DNA from: Lingula anatina
Taxonomy: Eukaryota; Animalia; Brachiopoda
DNA: 64,000 bases
Reading direction: 5' to 3'
Assembly: GCA_051362555.1 (NCBI GenBank)
Contig: CM120640.1
Location: 50,322,788 to 50,386,787, forward strand
Position 1 is the stretch's first letter. Each line of letters opens with the position of its first letter. The position numbers were made by a program, and so were the translations under genes. A model generated the notes under the pieces. It was not told where the DNA came from, did not search any database, and saw nothing but the letters and a program-made list of their open reading frames with translations. Below are positions 25,701 to 39,100 of the stretch, piece after piece.

Positions 25701-27152
25701 AGTGAAGAGGTTATAATAAACCTGTACCACAAATAGCACTGTTCATGTAGTCTTTGGAGAAATAACTTAAAGAATTAAATTTCTCAAAGCAGAACAGGAT
25801 TAATTGTTTGCACAGTGCATATACACATGTACAAGAATGACAGAGGTGACATACATGTAGGTCAATCATTTGAATTAAAGTAATTTACTTATCAAGCTTA
25901 ATGTTTAAAAAATCCCTGATAGTGAATAGGTATGGTGTAACAGCATTCTGAGGATAAATGTTTGAGATGTATTTTGATGATAAAATGATTTGGTGCTACA
26001 AGTAACATGAGCATTAATCTTTAAACTCAGATGTGATGCTGTAATCCAAGCTTTGCTGCCTTGATGTTGTTCTAATGTCAGTTGGGCAGACCAAATCTTT
26101 TTAAGTTGTAGGAAGGATTCCCTATAACTTACACCAGATTCCAGATGGTTGGAATATGAGAAGCAGCATGCAGTGCATTAAAAGGTGACCTGATTGTGGT
26201 GTTGTTATTAAGCCATTGCCCAGAAAGCATACTGCCAGATGCACACCCAAAGGTACTAGTGCTCCTTAGTAATTTGTTTTTCGAAAAAATCTGTGCTTCA
26301 ACATTTTAGTGTTGATGCTTCATAAAAGAAATTTTAGAGAGATTCAGGAATTTCCATGCTGTCATCTGTAGTATTCTGCTAGGGATCATTTCTAAAACAC
26401 AATTTAGTGTACATAAAGTAGTCTTTTGGAAGACTATTAGATATGCTTGAATAGAGTCCACTAAGTAAGAGGGGCCCAGTAAGAGCACAGGGAATATTGG
26501 ATTTTTTACCACCCAGCTGCCTGCAGACCTGTGTGTTCACACTGTATGTGCAAAAGGTACTGAGGTAGGAACTTTGTCCAGATAAAATTCCCAGAGTGAT
26601 GACAGATCTGGCATGTAAATGCTTGCTTAATGTGTTTGTTGAAAAATTGGCAATGAGGATGAAGAAAATGTGTTGTTTTTGACACATTTCTTTGTTTGCG
26701 TGTGTGCTTGGGGCAGGGGAAGTCTATAAAGGGAAAAGGGTGTAGATTGTTTGTGATTACATTGTGTTGACATATCCTGTGGATGGGAGTTTCCTGCATG
26801 GGATAAAGTGATGATCATGCTCAGATTTAGAGCAGCAGCAGCCCAGGCAGATGTAGAAGGTAATTAAAGTTGTTGTGTTTTCAAGTGAGCCTTTTGTTTT
26901 GTCTATGGTTGAGTGCTCCGGCAGGCCTGACTGGCATGTACAGGATGTACTGCCCTAATTTGAACTTGTAATATCAAAACATTTTCTTTCTTCTCAGCCT
27001 TGTTATTTCTTTCAGCAACCCTGGATTGGGTCTCTTCAAGTCTAAAGGCCATCCACAGGGTTCAAAATGTGCATCGGGATTCATGGATAGTCCAGGTGTA
27101 ATCATAGAGTGAGCGCAGATGTATTTTGGTGCTCTGGCCGCACTTTAGCACC

Positions 27153-30100
27153 ATGGCAACTGTTGGTTTAGTTATTTATCTCTGTGTTACTGTGGCAGCT
27201 CTTACCAATGGCAAACTTTTGCAGCAGAGGAGAGACTTGGTGGTGGATATTGGTAGACAGGTGTATCTGAAGCCAGGAGATATGGTGTTCAACATTCCCC
27301 AAGAAAAAGACATTTGCAAGGTGGAGGTGATACCAGACCCTATGACTCAGCGAGTTGGAGATATTGAGCCAAAGGTGAGTTAGAACCTTGTCCTGTAGCT
27401 TTATTAGTACCACCAGCGTATACGCTGGCGGTACTCATGGTTTTAGTCCCGGCCCGTCTCGTACAGCTCCGCCGGCTCCTGCGGCTCCGCCGGCTCCGCA
27501 GTCGGGCGCCGGAAACAAGTCACCGTTACCGCTTCTCCTCCTAGACCGCAAGGACCTGTGTCCCCATCTCTTGGATTTAGGTCACATATAATCTCAACTT
27601 GAACCCCCTGGTATTTTTGTATCAGTTGGTGCATTGGTCTGGGTGTGGCGCTCACTGAAATGCACCCTTGTCAAAATTTTTAAAAATTTGATGCTAAATA
27701 TCTCCCAAACTGAAGGAATTATGGAAAAAGTTACTATAGAGGTCTGACCAAAAGTCATATATGGAGTTTCCAAATATGCCCTTGGATTTGACATTTGACC
27801 TTTATTTCAAGGTCAAACAGGCCAAAATTTTCTAAAAATGGGAATTTTCTGCAAAAAAAGAATTGTTTGTGCCAATTTTCAGAAACTACACAGACCTAAG
27901 CTTTCATATTACAGTGAGGGCTACTATTTAGGGACTCCCTTCATCTTCATGGGTTTGGGGTCAATAGGTGCATTTTCACCGGAGAAGCAGTCATTTGATG
28001 CCGAAACTAAAAACTCTGTAATTGTGCAACTGTTAACACTAGAGACGTCTTGTTTTTTTGCATTTAGTACAGCTTGTCAAGCACAATACTGGAGGTGGTG
28101 TCCATGTGACCTTGATATTGACCTTTGACCTACTTTTCATGATGAACTTCACTTTGCAAGTTTTCCAGTCCTTATATCATCAAAACTAGCAGAGATACAC
28201 CCATAGTTACCATTGAACTTGAATAGGAAGTGATATACTGACAATCTTAGAGCGCATTCCTAGAGATTAAGATCGATCTTACTTGTTCGACCTAACTCCC
28301 TGCAGTTAACCGACCTCACACGGAATTTAATTATTCCCTTACAGCTTTTAGTAGGCAGGACAGGCATTTAAGCCAGCTAAGCTGACAGTGATCTAGTGAG
28401 ACTCCCCATGGGGATAGATCGATCTAAAATCTGTGGAAATGGGGTCTTACTGTAACTTGGAAATTAGCCTTTGACCTTCTTTTCACTGGCAGTCTAACTC
28501 TGACCTTCAAATTGATCTGTGACCTACTTTTCATAATGAACTGCACTAAAAAAAATTCCCTCCCTTATATCTCTAAAACTGGCAATAGTTGCTATTGATC
28601 TTGAATAGGAAGTCATATACTGGGAAACTTTTACTTTGAAATTGACCTTTGACCTATTTTTCACCATGAACTGTAGTTTGCAAATTTTCCCACCCTTATA
28701 ACATATACTGACAGAGAAATGCCCATAGTTACTATTGAACTTGACTATGAATTTGACCTTTGACCTACCTTTCACCACAAACTGCATATTGCAAATTTTC
28801 TGATCCTTATATCTCTAAGATACACCTATACTTACTGTTTAATTGAATATGGAGTTGTATATTAACATATTTGTTATTAAATATAAGGCATGTCTGTTAT
28901 AAAATATTTTATTTCCAATTGGTATACTTTTAAGAACTATGTTCTAATAGTTTGACAGTAGTTATGAAAAAATTAATCGAAGCATCTATTTCAAGTATAA
29001 TAAACATTAAAAGATATATTATGTATCAAAAAATCAAAGTATCTGTTTTAAGTATAATATACATTAAAAGAAATATAATGTTAAACTAATAGAATTATCT
29101 ATTTCAAGCATAATACAAATTTAGATATGTGCCTATCTATGCATGCAAGTATAAAACATTTAATTAAACAATCCCATCTGTGTAACTTGTAAAAATGCTA
29201 AAAAATATATTTTGCAATTAAGTGCCTATTAATGCATCTATTTATGTACTTATATAATACAACAATTAAAATACAATAAGAGGACACTCCATGAGATTTT
29301 CCGACGAAAATTTTCTTGAGAAATACAAATTAAAATATTTGACAATCAATCTGTACATGCATGTAAAATACATATTGTTAAATAAATAAATCTCTTTACA
29401 GATATATATTAACATAATGTTACATATTAGAATATTCATATATAATAGAAATAAAACCAAAACATCTCTTAAAGGGATAATAACTCTTCGTATGAGATCT
29501 ATATTTCACAATAAAAACATTGTGAATAACTCATAGAAATATAATATATTCTGTTTTACCACAGAAACAGCAGTTATAGCTATTATTCTGATATCTGAGC
29601 TTGTCTTTAGACCACGTGACCTCCATTGATGGCTATAGTCTGTTAAAATCTCTTAAGAGATTTTAACAAAAAAACCAAACTTTTTAGAAAAAAACCAGGG
29701 ACTAACTTTGAATGTAAAAATGGATTTATTAACCATTGGTAAGTATGGGAAAATTGTTGTTTACTCCAGGAAAATTCATTTTTTGGCCGAAACGAAGAGT
29801 TATTATACCTTCAATCCAAATTAACATCTCTGAAGAAATATATTTCAAATTGCGTATAATACATATTAGCAATACTTACATATATACACTGTTTTTTACA
29901 AATATGTACATATTTAATATTCTATGCATTGATAGGTATAATAGCGTATACAGGATCATGGTCACTGTAATATGTGCACAGTGTACCGGTCTCTATAGTG
30001 CTTACATTTTGTACGTAAATATGATCTAACAGGCTAGTGTACCCTTTGACACCTCTAAATGTTGGAGAGGCAATCATCTGCTTATGGTATTGTAAACTAG

Positions 30101-33100
30101 GAAGACAAACAGATGTTGTAACAAAAGTAGGTCATATTAGTAGGTTAAATTTGTGATCAAAAAATCTTTAAAAGGTGTAGTCTAAAACTATTTAATGGGT
30201 GATAGAGTCATTAATTCAGTTAATTTCTTGAGGTGATATGAGGCCTGCAAGAAACTAGTACAATTAATTAATATGTGTTTCTGGTTATCCAAGCTCCACC
30301 TATACTCGATTTGTATGAAGTGTAACAAATTAATTATCACAATGAATAGATATACTTGCTTTAATGCATGATAAGTTTGGCATTAGTACCCATTTGATCA
30401 GCTGTACATGTGAAGTATTTGCTCTCGCATTTCATTTAAGCTCAATGAAGTTTTAGTATCAGTTACCCGTTACATTCAATCCATTAAAAACTGTTTTTCA
30501 TTTTCAACATCAATGTGATAGTATTTGTATAACTGTCCTTTTCAATATCAAAATACCCAAAATTTTTAAAATTTATTTGTAGATATTTTTCAATCGCATA
30601 CAAACTCTTTTTAGTTTCTTAAAAATGGCAACTATATTTTGTTGTTTATCTTTTTTTTTTCAGCACTACCCAAACAAGCTTTTCACTTTTTTGGTGGATT
30701 CAATTTCCTTAACTATAATTTCTCTCCCAGTTTTGATATTCTAATTATTTTAAATGTCAAAACAGCTGCATCAACCCATTTTTAAATTTTCATTAATATA
30801 TATGATACAAACAAGCACAAAATTAAAGAATATACGATGTTGCCCGTTGTAGGCCAATGTCAACTACAGATTAAAAGGCAGCACGGCTTAACCCAAATAT
30901 AAACAAAATTTGAAATATTGTTTCCATCACAGTTAGAGAGGAAGTCCTACATTCACAATGATACTACATCCTTGTATTTAACCTTTTATTTTTCCCCACC
31001 TGATTAAAAAAAATAATAATTATCTATAAAAAATGATAACCCTTGTTTACTGCATTTCATACAGCTTGTCAACCCCTCCCCCTTCTTTTTCCTTCCCATA
31101 CGAATGCGCTTACTCCAGCTGGTGGTACAATACCAGGAGGCGGTATCGCCTCTCTGATCCTCTAGTTACTTTTCTTTTCCCAGTAACAGAATCTCTCCCA
31201 CCCCTTGCAAATTCTCACATAAATTCAGTCTTATGCAATAAATGAAGATTAAGATCTATGAATGAGATTGAATTAAATCTTTTTCTTTAACTTAAAAATT
31301 TTAATATTTCATTTGTTGTATCATATTTTCTATTTTCTGCTATAATTTATATTTTGCCTTTCAAAGTCACATTTGCATTCAAAGTATTTAGCATGCTGAA
31401 GATCCCTGAATTATATTCTGTAATGTTAAAACTTTAATACTTGCAAAATGGCTTGAAATAACATAAAGTGGAGCATATGAGCAATATATTTACAATGTCC
31501 ACACAAAACACATTTGCTGACATCTGTTTAGAATTATAAAGATAAAAAACTCTTTATAACAAGGCCTAGCTACCTGCCTTGAAGCCTCCCTTAGACCCTG
31601 GAGTGCCCAAATAAAATTCTTCTTTTCATTTTAACTAATGTTACATATTTTTTAAATAGAAGTAGGTAGTTTGGTTTTATAGACTTCAAATGTTTTCTTT
31701 TTCTTTTATTGATTTTTTTTTTTTTTTTTTTTTTTTTGTGAATAAAGGATCATTAAAAATGAAACTGCTTCATTAGAGAAGGTAGTGGAATGATTCTGAC
31801 TACAGTAGAAACATGTCAATCACACCAAACAATATAAAACCAGCGTCCACAGATAGCACCAGCCATTCTTGACAGAAATGATTAGATGGTGATGGTGTTC
31901 TACTTGCCGACAACTTTTCCTTTCTCTATGGCAATTGCTGATTACTGTACCTAGCCTTCAGAGCCTTTGGCAAAAGTTAGGAATTTGTCTGCATGAACAG
32001 TCTGCTTCTTGTCAAGATTTGTGATAGTTGGAAGCAATAGCTAGGGTGTAGCATATATAAAAACTTTACAAAGTTTAATATAAGGGCATACTGTTCAAAC
32101 ACTGTGATATATAATTTGTCAAGGTTCTTTTGAAATACTTTTGATGTTGGAAAGGTTAGTTGAAAATGTTATCAGATAATTGTTTTAATTAGATTTCCCC
32201 TGATTTCAAAATTGAATTTTGCATCCTGATTCTTTGGTTTGTTTTCATTGTATTGTACCAGCAACACTAGTGCTTATAGCTGCTTTTAAACACAGCCATT
32301 AGTGTCTATAGTACTCCCTATTTCCTTCATCAACTTCTTACTACTCTGCTTGATATAAACATCCTAGAATGAATCAAGAGCTTTTAAAGATTTTTTATAA
32401 AAGATATTTTAAATTTAAACCATGGAGCATTAGCTTGGCAAGAAAGCTTTTACAAAAACAGGCAGTAAAGATCTGTTTCCAACAGAAAGGGTCCAGCCTC
32501 GCTGGAAACAGGCCTTGAGTAAAAGTTCAAGAGTGACAGGATCCACGTCTGTTGCCAGCAGGAAATGTGGGGCATCTGATTGTGCTTATCAACTCTATCT
32601 CCATGTTGGTGGTGACTCCTATCTCTGCACTTCATGACACCATAGTCATTAATGAACTAAAACTTATTGCGAAATAAAAATTAATTGATTTTTGTAATGT
32701 TGCTTAAAAGGAACAAAATATACCTTAAAACAGATCTTATGTGTCTAATTGCTCCATAGTGCTGAAGAAATTGATTCAATGCATGTTATTAGTTCAAGAA
32801 AGCTATGGAAAGAAATTATGCTAACCATGCCATTACATTTCTAACAAATAAGTTATGCATTTTGAACAGCAGTATGATTTATTGTTTTTGATGAAAGATT
32901 GGCGCGAAATTTGTTAGTGAAATATATATATAAATGCTTTGCTTTATATAATATATAATATCCTCATTTTATCCTCAGTATATAATATCCTCATTTTAGG
33001 TGTTTGACTGCCATTTTGCCCTGAATACAGTGCAGTACACACACAGTGGCAATCCTCTGCTGGACATGGACACTGTGAAATTGCGAGCTCACTACTTCAC

Positions 33101-36100
33101 AGCCAGTGACACTTTTACTGAGACTTTCCACTTGACAATTCACATCAGAAACACCTCATACAATATCATAACTGTGAACACTCCTCTACTGCCAGTGACA
33201 GTTCTAAACTTTTATGATCTTTCCAATGCCATAGATCATACAGTAATTCGGTTCAGCTACAGCCAGGATGTCAATGTGACTTGCACAGTCAGCTTCACAA
33301 AGTATCGCAGCTCATGGCCCATGTTAGGGCAGCTTGTGATGGGGATGGAGAAAAAGCCTGTGGATGCTTTAAAACAGGACTGTTATCAGTTTATGATGGT
33401 GCAGTTGCGGTATGAGCACCTTAGTCCACCAACTCCTAATATGGACTACCTGCCACTGAAAGTAGAGTTGTATGATCCCAGTGTGAGCACTGAGCTTGTG
33501 GTGGAAAGAATATTTCTACCTGTCCATATCAAACCAGCCTTCCCTAACATGCCACCCCAGGCTGCCTTCATGAGTTCATACTTAATGGACGTGGATCAGT
33601 TTGTCTTGGCTACTCTTGAACCAGCTATGATATCTGCCAAAGATGAAGAAACGAAGGACTCTTTACTAGTGTTTAATATCAGCCAACCTCTCACTGAGGA
33701 TCAGGGATACTTTGTCCACTTGAGTGACCACACACAGCCCATCAGTGCCTTCAAGCAGGGAGACCTAGAGAACTACATGATAGCCTACAGGCCGCCAGGG
33801 AAAGCAGCCTCGGAGAGGAGGTTATTTGATGTGGAGTTCACAGTGTTTGATACTTTATTTTCAGGGAGTCAGCCTTTTATGCTAACAATAGCAGTGAAAC
33901 CCACACAAACCAATGCACCAAGGGTGGCTATTAACAAAGGGTTGACTGTGCTAGAGGGTCAGTCTCAGCCCATAAGGACTTCAAATTTGTACATCGTGGA
34001 CAGTGACAACATAGACCAAGTTCAGTTGATCATTCGAGGAGGTTTGAGACATGGAAGGTTATTGGCCCATGGTCGTTCAATTGTGGCAATTACACAGTCT
34101 GATATTGAAGAGGGAAGAGTGTCTTATCAACATGATGATAGTGACACACTGGACGACTTTATAGAATTTAGAATCTCTGACAGAAGCAGTGTCATTTATA
34201 CAAAATTCCCAATTCGTATTTTGCCCAAAGATGACAGCCCTCCTTCTCTGATCAACAACATTGAGTTGCGTCTTAGGGAAGGTGACACTGTTCCAATTAC
34301 AGACAGCATTCTGAGTGCACATGATACAGATTCTAATGACAACCACATTATATATTCTCTGGTATCCAAACCTATAGCTGGAGAAATACTGAAGAAATAT
34401 AGATCTACAATGTATGGGGAACCAGTTACCAAATTCACACAGCAAGAACTTGCTCAAGGTTTTATCTACTATCACCACTTTGGTGGAGAAATATTTGAAG
34501 ATTTCATTGAGTTTACCTTACATGATAGCAATGATCCCCCAAATGAATCTAGTCAACAGATAATGATGATAACCATTGAACCAATCAATGATATTTCCCC
34601 AGAACCTGTAAGTGGCAAAGAACGATATTTAGAAGTGAAAGAAAGTGACTTGGTATTAATAACAAATTCTCAGCTACAGTACACAGATTCTGAATCAGAG
34701 GATGACCAACTTGTGTACTCAGTCACCAGTGGGCCTTATTTCGTAGGATCCTCATCGACTGAGGATGCAGGCAGACTGGTATCAGTAGACCAGCAGCCAA
34801 TGTTGATGAAGGACCCCTCCCTCCCCACTATCACGACATTCAAGCAATATGAGGTGAACCATGCCAAAATTGCATATATGCCACCCTCTAATGATATAGG
34901 CTCTACATCAAAGCAAGTCCAGTTCTTGTTTTCTGTCTCAGACTCTGCAGGAAATGAATTGACTGGGCAGTCATTTGACATCACAGTGTTACCAGTTGAT
35001 AATCAACCACCGCATCTAAAAACAGAAACTGTGAAGGCCAAAGAAGGAGGCACCTTGGCCATTACAAGTAATTATATTATGGTATTTGATCCTGATACTT
35101 CAGTAGCAGATTTGGAATTTGTGATAGAGAAGATCCCCAACCATGGAAATCTTACCAGTGATGGGAACATGTTATTCCAGGGCTCACATGTGGGCAGGCA
35201 GGACATGGCAGAGAGGAAATTCAGGTTTGTTCACTGTATCTGGCATTAATACACATATATTAAGATTTAAGACGAAAGGGTAACTAAAATTAATCATTTT
35301 CTGTGATACAAGCTTTTTGAAGAAGCATAATTTATTAATCTTCCTGAAACTGCTTTTTATTTTTGTTATTCAAGACAAAGGTGGATCCCATCTGTTATTC
35401 AAACACTTATCACTTTATTTTATGCAGTTTCGTTAACAAGTTAGCAAAAGTGTGTCCATTACATATAGTTGTGACTGAATGATCTGATTGACATTACTGA
35501 TCATATTTTTCTTGATGACTATAATATACTTACAGGTATCACCATGATGGTAGTGAGACAACCTCAGATAGCTTCATCATCATGGTAACAGATGGGACAC
35601 ACAGGGTTACTGCCCCTGTCAATATACAGATAGACTCAGTAGATGATGAACCACCACACTTCTTAGACAATCTTAAGAATCCACTAGAAGTCCCAGAGAG
35701 TGGAGAGGGAATGATAACATTACCTTATCTGGCAGCTACAGATACAGATACAGAGGATGATTTGTTGATCTTTTCAGTCGTCAGCCCTCCATCCAAAGGT
35801 CTGCTCTTTGTGAATGGTCAGCTAGCAACTCGCTTCATCCAAAAAGATGTCCGTCTGGGTATGGTAACATATCGTCACAGAGGCTATGAAATTGGAAGTG
35901 AAGCTCAGTATGATTCCATGACATTTGTGCTGTCAGATTCTGATGTACCCACCCACCAGTCCCTGACTCTACACAACTTAAATATAACCATTGTTCCATT
36001 GGACAACCGAAGGCCCCGTATCAAGTCAGACAGACTGATTGTGGTAGGTGAGGCAGACACACTGCAGATCACAACCAAAATGTTGAATGCAGAGGACATT

Positions 36101-39100
36101 GACACTCCAGATGGTGAGCTTCTATTTATTATAAGAGAACAACCCAAGTTTGGTTTCTTTGAAAACATCCAACCTGATCCAGGATCTGAAAAGTTAAACA
36201 GAGGAATAAGAATCTCACAGTTCAAGTTGAGTGATGTTCAGAATGGTCTTATAAATTATGTCCAATCCAGACATGAAGGTGTTGAACCTCGTTCAGATGC
36301 AGTAAGCCTTGTTGTCAGTGATGGTAAGTTAAGATCAACAGAGACAGAGATAACTATAAGAATTATGCCACAGAATGATGAGCTACCAGAAGTGACGTTA
36401 GCTGACTTTCTTGTAGAGGAAGGTGGGGAAAAAGTCATTGACACATCCATGATAAATTTGGTGGATAAAGACACACCAAGAGAAATTCTCACTATTTCAG
36501 TCTCTAAGAAACCAAAGCATGGCCATGTTGCCATCATGGCACAGTCATACAGTCACGGAGAACTGGTAGAGCTGCCAATGCCAGAGTTTACTGTGGATGA
36601 TCTCAACTCAGACTTGGTTATGATGTATAAACATGATGGAACAGAGAATTTTGCTGACGAGTTTACAGTTCAGGTTTCAGATGGCAAACATACTGTCTAC
36701 AAAACAGCCTCTGTAAAGATTAAGCCCATAAATGATGAAAAACCTGTTGTTCTAAGAAATGCAGGCCTCCATCTTGAATTTGGTGAAACATCTTTGATAT
36801 CTGGAGCATCCCTTATGACAGCAGATGGCGATAACCATGACAACGAGATTAACTTTATAATAGCTGAAGTTCCAAGTAGAGGATTGCTCCAACTGAAGTC
36901 AGATGAGGGCAGGTGGATAGAGATTGGTCCTGGTATGAGGTTCACCCAAGATGATGTGAACATGAACAGAGTCAGATATGTGAACACTGGAGAAATTGCC
37001 AACAATAGGACTGACAAGTTTATATTTCAACTCAGTGATGGTGTCCACTCAACGCCCATGGAGACTTTCGAAATAGAGGTGAAAAATTCCAGAAAAGACA
37101 ATCTTGCACTCCTAAATCGAGGCATAAACTTAGAGGAAGGACAGCAAGTTATTATCACAACAGCTAATCTGAGTGCCAGTGATGAGAGTTTACGCCCAAA
37201 TGAAATCCTTTTCACCATCACTGATCCTCCAACACAAGGTTATCTTCAACTCATCAGCCAGCCTGGACTCACTATTGATACATTTACTCAGCTAGATCTA
37301 GCCAGCCAGAAGGTTGCCTATGTTCACACCACCAAAGATGACATGACTGAAGACCTATTCAGCTTCACTGTCTCAAATGGCATTGCTATACCAAAAGTTG
37401 CTAACTTTATAATACGGATAACTCCAAGAGATAGAGAAATTCCTACTCTTAAATTGAATCAGCCTTTAATAGTTCAGGAGGGAGTGCTAGAAAATTTATC
37501 ATCATCAAATCTTTTGGCCATTGACCCTGATACATCCACTCATAATATATCTTACATTCTTCTCAAGCTTCCTAGCCACGGAGAACTGTTACGTGGAAAC
37601 CAACTTGTCAAGGATAAATTTACACAGTTTGAGTTGGACAGTTCACTAATATCCTACAAAAGTCAGAATGCCAAGTCTGGAATTGATCACTTCCTTTTCT
37701 ACCTCACTGACAACCATCACGAGGGATTTCTCATAAATGGCACATACCATGTGAAACCAGTGGTCTTCAGCATCATTGTCAGACCTTTGGTAAAAATCCC
37801 TCCAAAACTGGTAACCATGGGTCCGCCAGGTGATCTTATATCACTGGGTAGAAAAAGGACAGGATTTAGACTCACAACTCGGAGCCTACAAGCAACAAGT
37901 CCATTAGATCTCTCAGAAGACATTCTGTTTGTGTTGACAAAGATGCCGTTGTTTGGAGAGATAGTGAAGCTGAATTCCAGACATACCATTGTAAGAAAGA
38001 GGTTCAGTCAAGCTGATCTAGATGCTGGGAATGTAGCGTATGTTTTACAAGACAAAGTGAAGGTGACCAATGACAGTTTTTCCTTTGTACTTCAGGATTC
38101 ACTTGGAAATACAAGTCCTGAACACAGGTTGGTTTATCTGAACCTTACATCCATTGATTTATCAAGTTTGCAAGCACTCTTAGCATGCAATTCAAGGTCA
38201 TGCCTTTGCCTTCAACTTCGTACTAGTATTTAGCATATATCCTTCACCTGCCCCATCCACACATGATACTGAGCAAGTTATACACACTCTCATTTTTTTC
38301 ATTGGATCAGAACTGAATAGGTTATTGGTCTAATTATAATAAGGTGATAAAGGTATGGTGATTCCAAAGTGTATGGTCATTGATTAAAGCACATTGTTTG
38401 TTTTTCAGCTACAAACTGCGGTGGTCACTTATTCAATTCACAAGACCCGAGTATAGAGTGTGTGAAGATGTTGGGACACTTGCTCTCACTCTTTTAAGAA
38501 GCGGGTCTCTGGAGCAGTCAGCTTATGTCAGTGTGAAGGTGAGGGATATCTCTACTAGAGAGGGACTGGACTATGTTCCAAGCAGGGCAGAGCAGATACA
38601 GTTTGATCCAGGTATGCATGAGCAGTTCAATCATCTCATGATTATTTGTTGCTTCAGTATATTCTTTGACTTATTGATTCCATTAATATTTTATTTTTGA
38701 AAAATATTTTCTGATAAGCCTACAGCAAAGCCCATACAAACACAGCATTCTTTTCATGTGAATAATCATGCAAACTTGTTTTGTGTTCTTATCTTCTTTT
38801 ATAAATATGCACAATGTTGGGTTAACACAGCAGGTAAAGCAGCTTTTGCTGTGGACCTGCACTTGGGACCTTAATTAATAACACATATATATATATATAT
38901 GCTGTAGACTCATAGTCAGTCCAGTTCTGCAGGTTAACACTATTTATTTCTTTATGTAGGACTTGACAGTGCGTCAGGTATAACAAGTACAGTCTAGCTT
39001 CTTTTTTATATACAGGTGTCACAACAGCGATTTGGCAGGTGCAGATAAAAGATGATGGTTTGGAAGAAAGCAATGAGAAGTTCAAGGTCATACTGAAATC

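Larger units (their letters stand above)
27400..31165 (+). mobile_element. HINE-like element copy 3, subfamily B, expanded by nested insertions and cargo, in FREM1 intron 1
   Basis: 5' end tttattagtaccaccagcgtatacgctggcggtac, with a body similar to copy 2. Decayed monomers at about 28105-28845, about 2.2 kb of unrelated AT-rich sequence, then the 3' subTIR, hairpin and CTAG at about 31118-31165. Confidence 0.8.

Noticed and set aside
26800-27152. Possible non-coding first exon of FREM1 (donor about 26860, acceptor about 27015)
   Set aside because: The splice signals are plausible but cannot be tested by reading frame, so it is left unannotated.
32952-32999. 27-bp-period duplication creating a cryptic AG 21 nt upstream of the FREM1 exon 2 acceptor
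   Set aside because: Its use would introduce an in-frame TAG; there is no evidence it is more than a neutral slippage duplication.
34077-37989. Several minus-strand ORFs of 64-133 aa
   Set aside because: They are antisense shadows of the giant FREM1 exons and have no recognisable domains.
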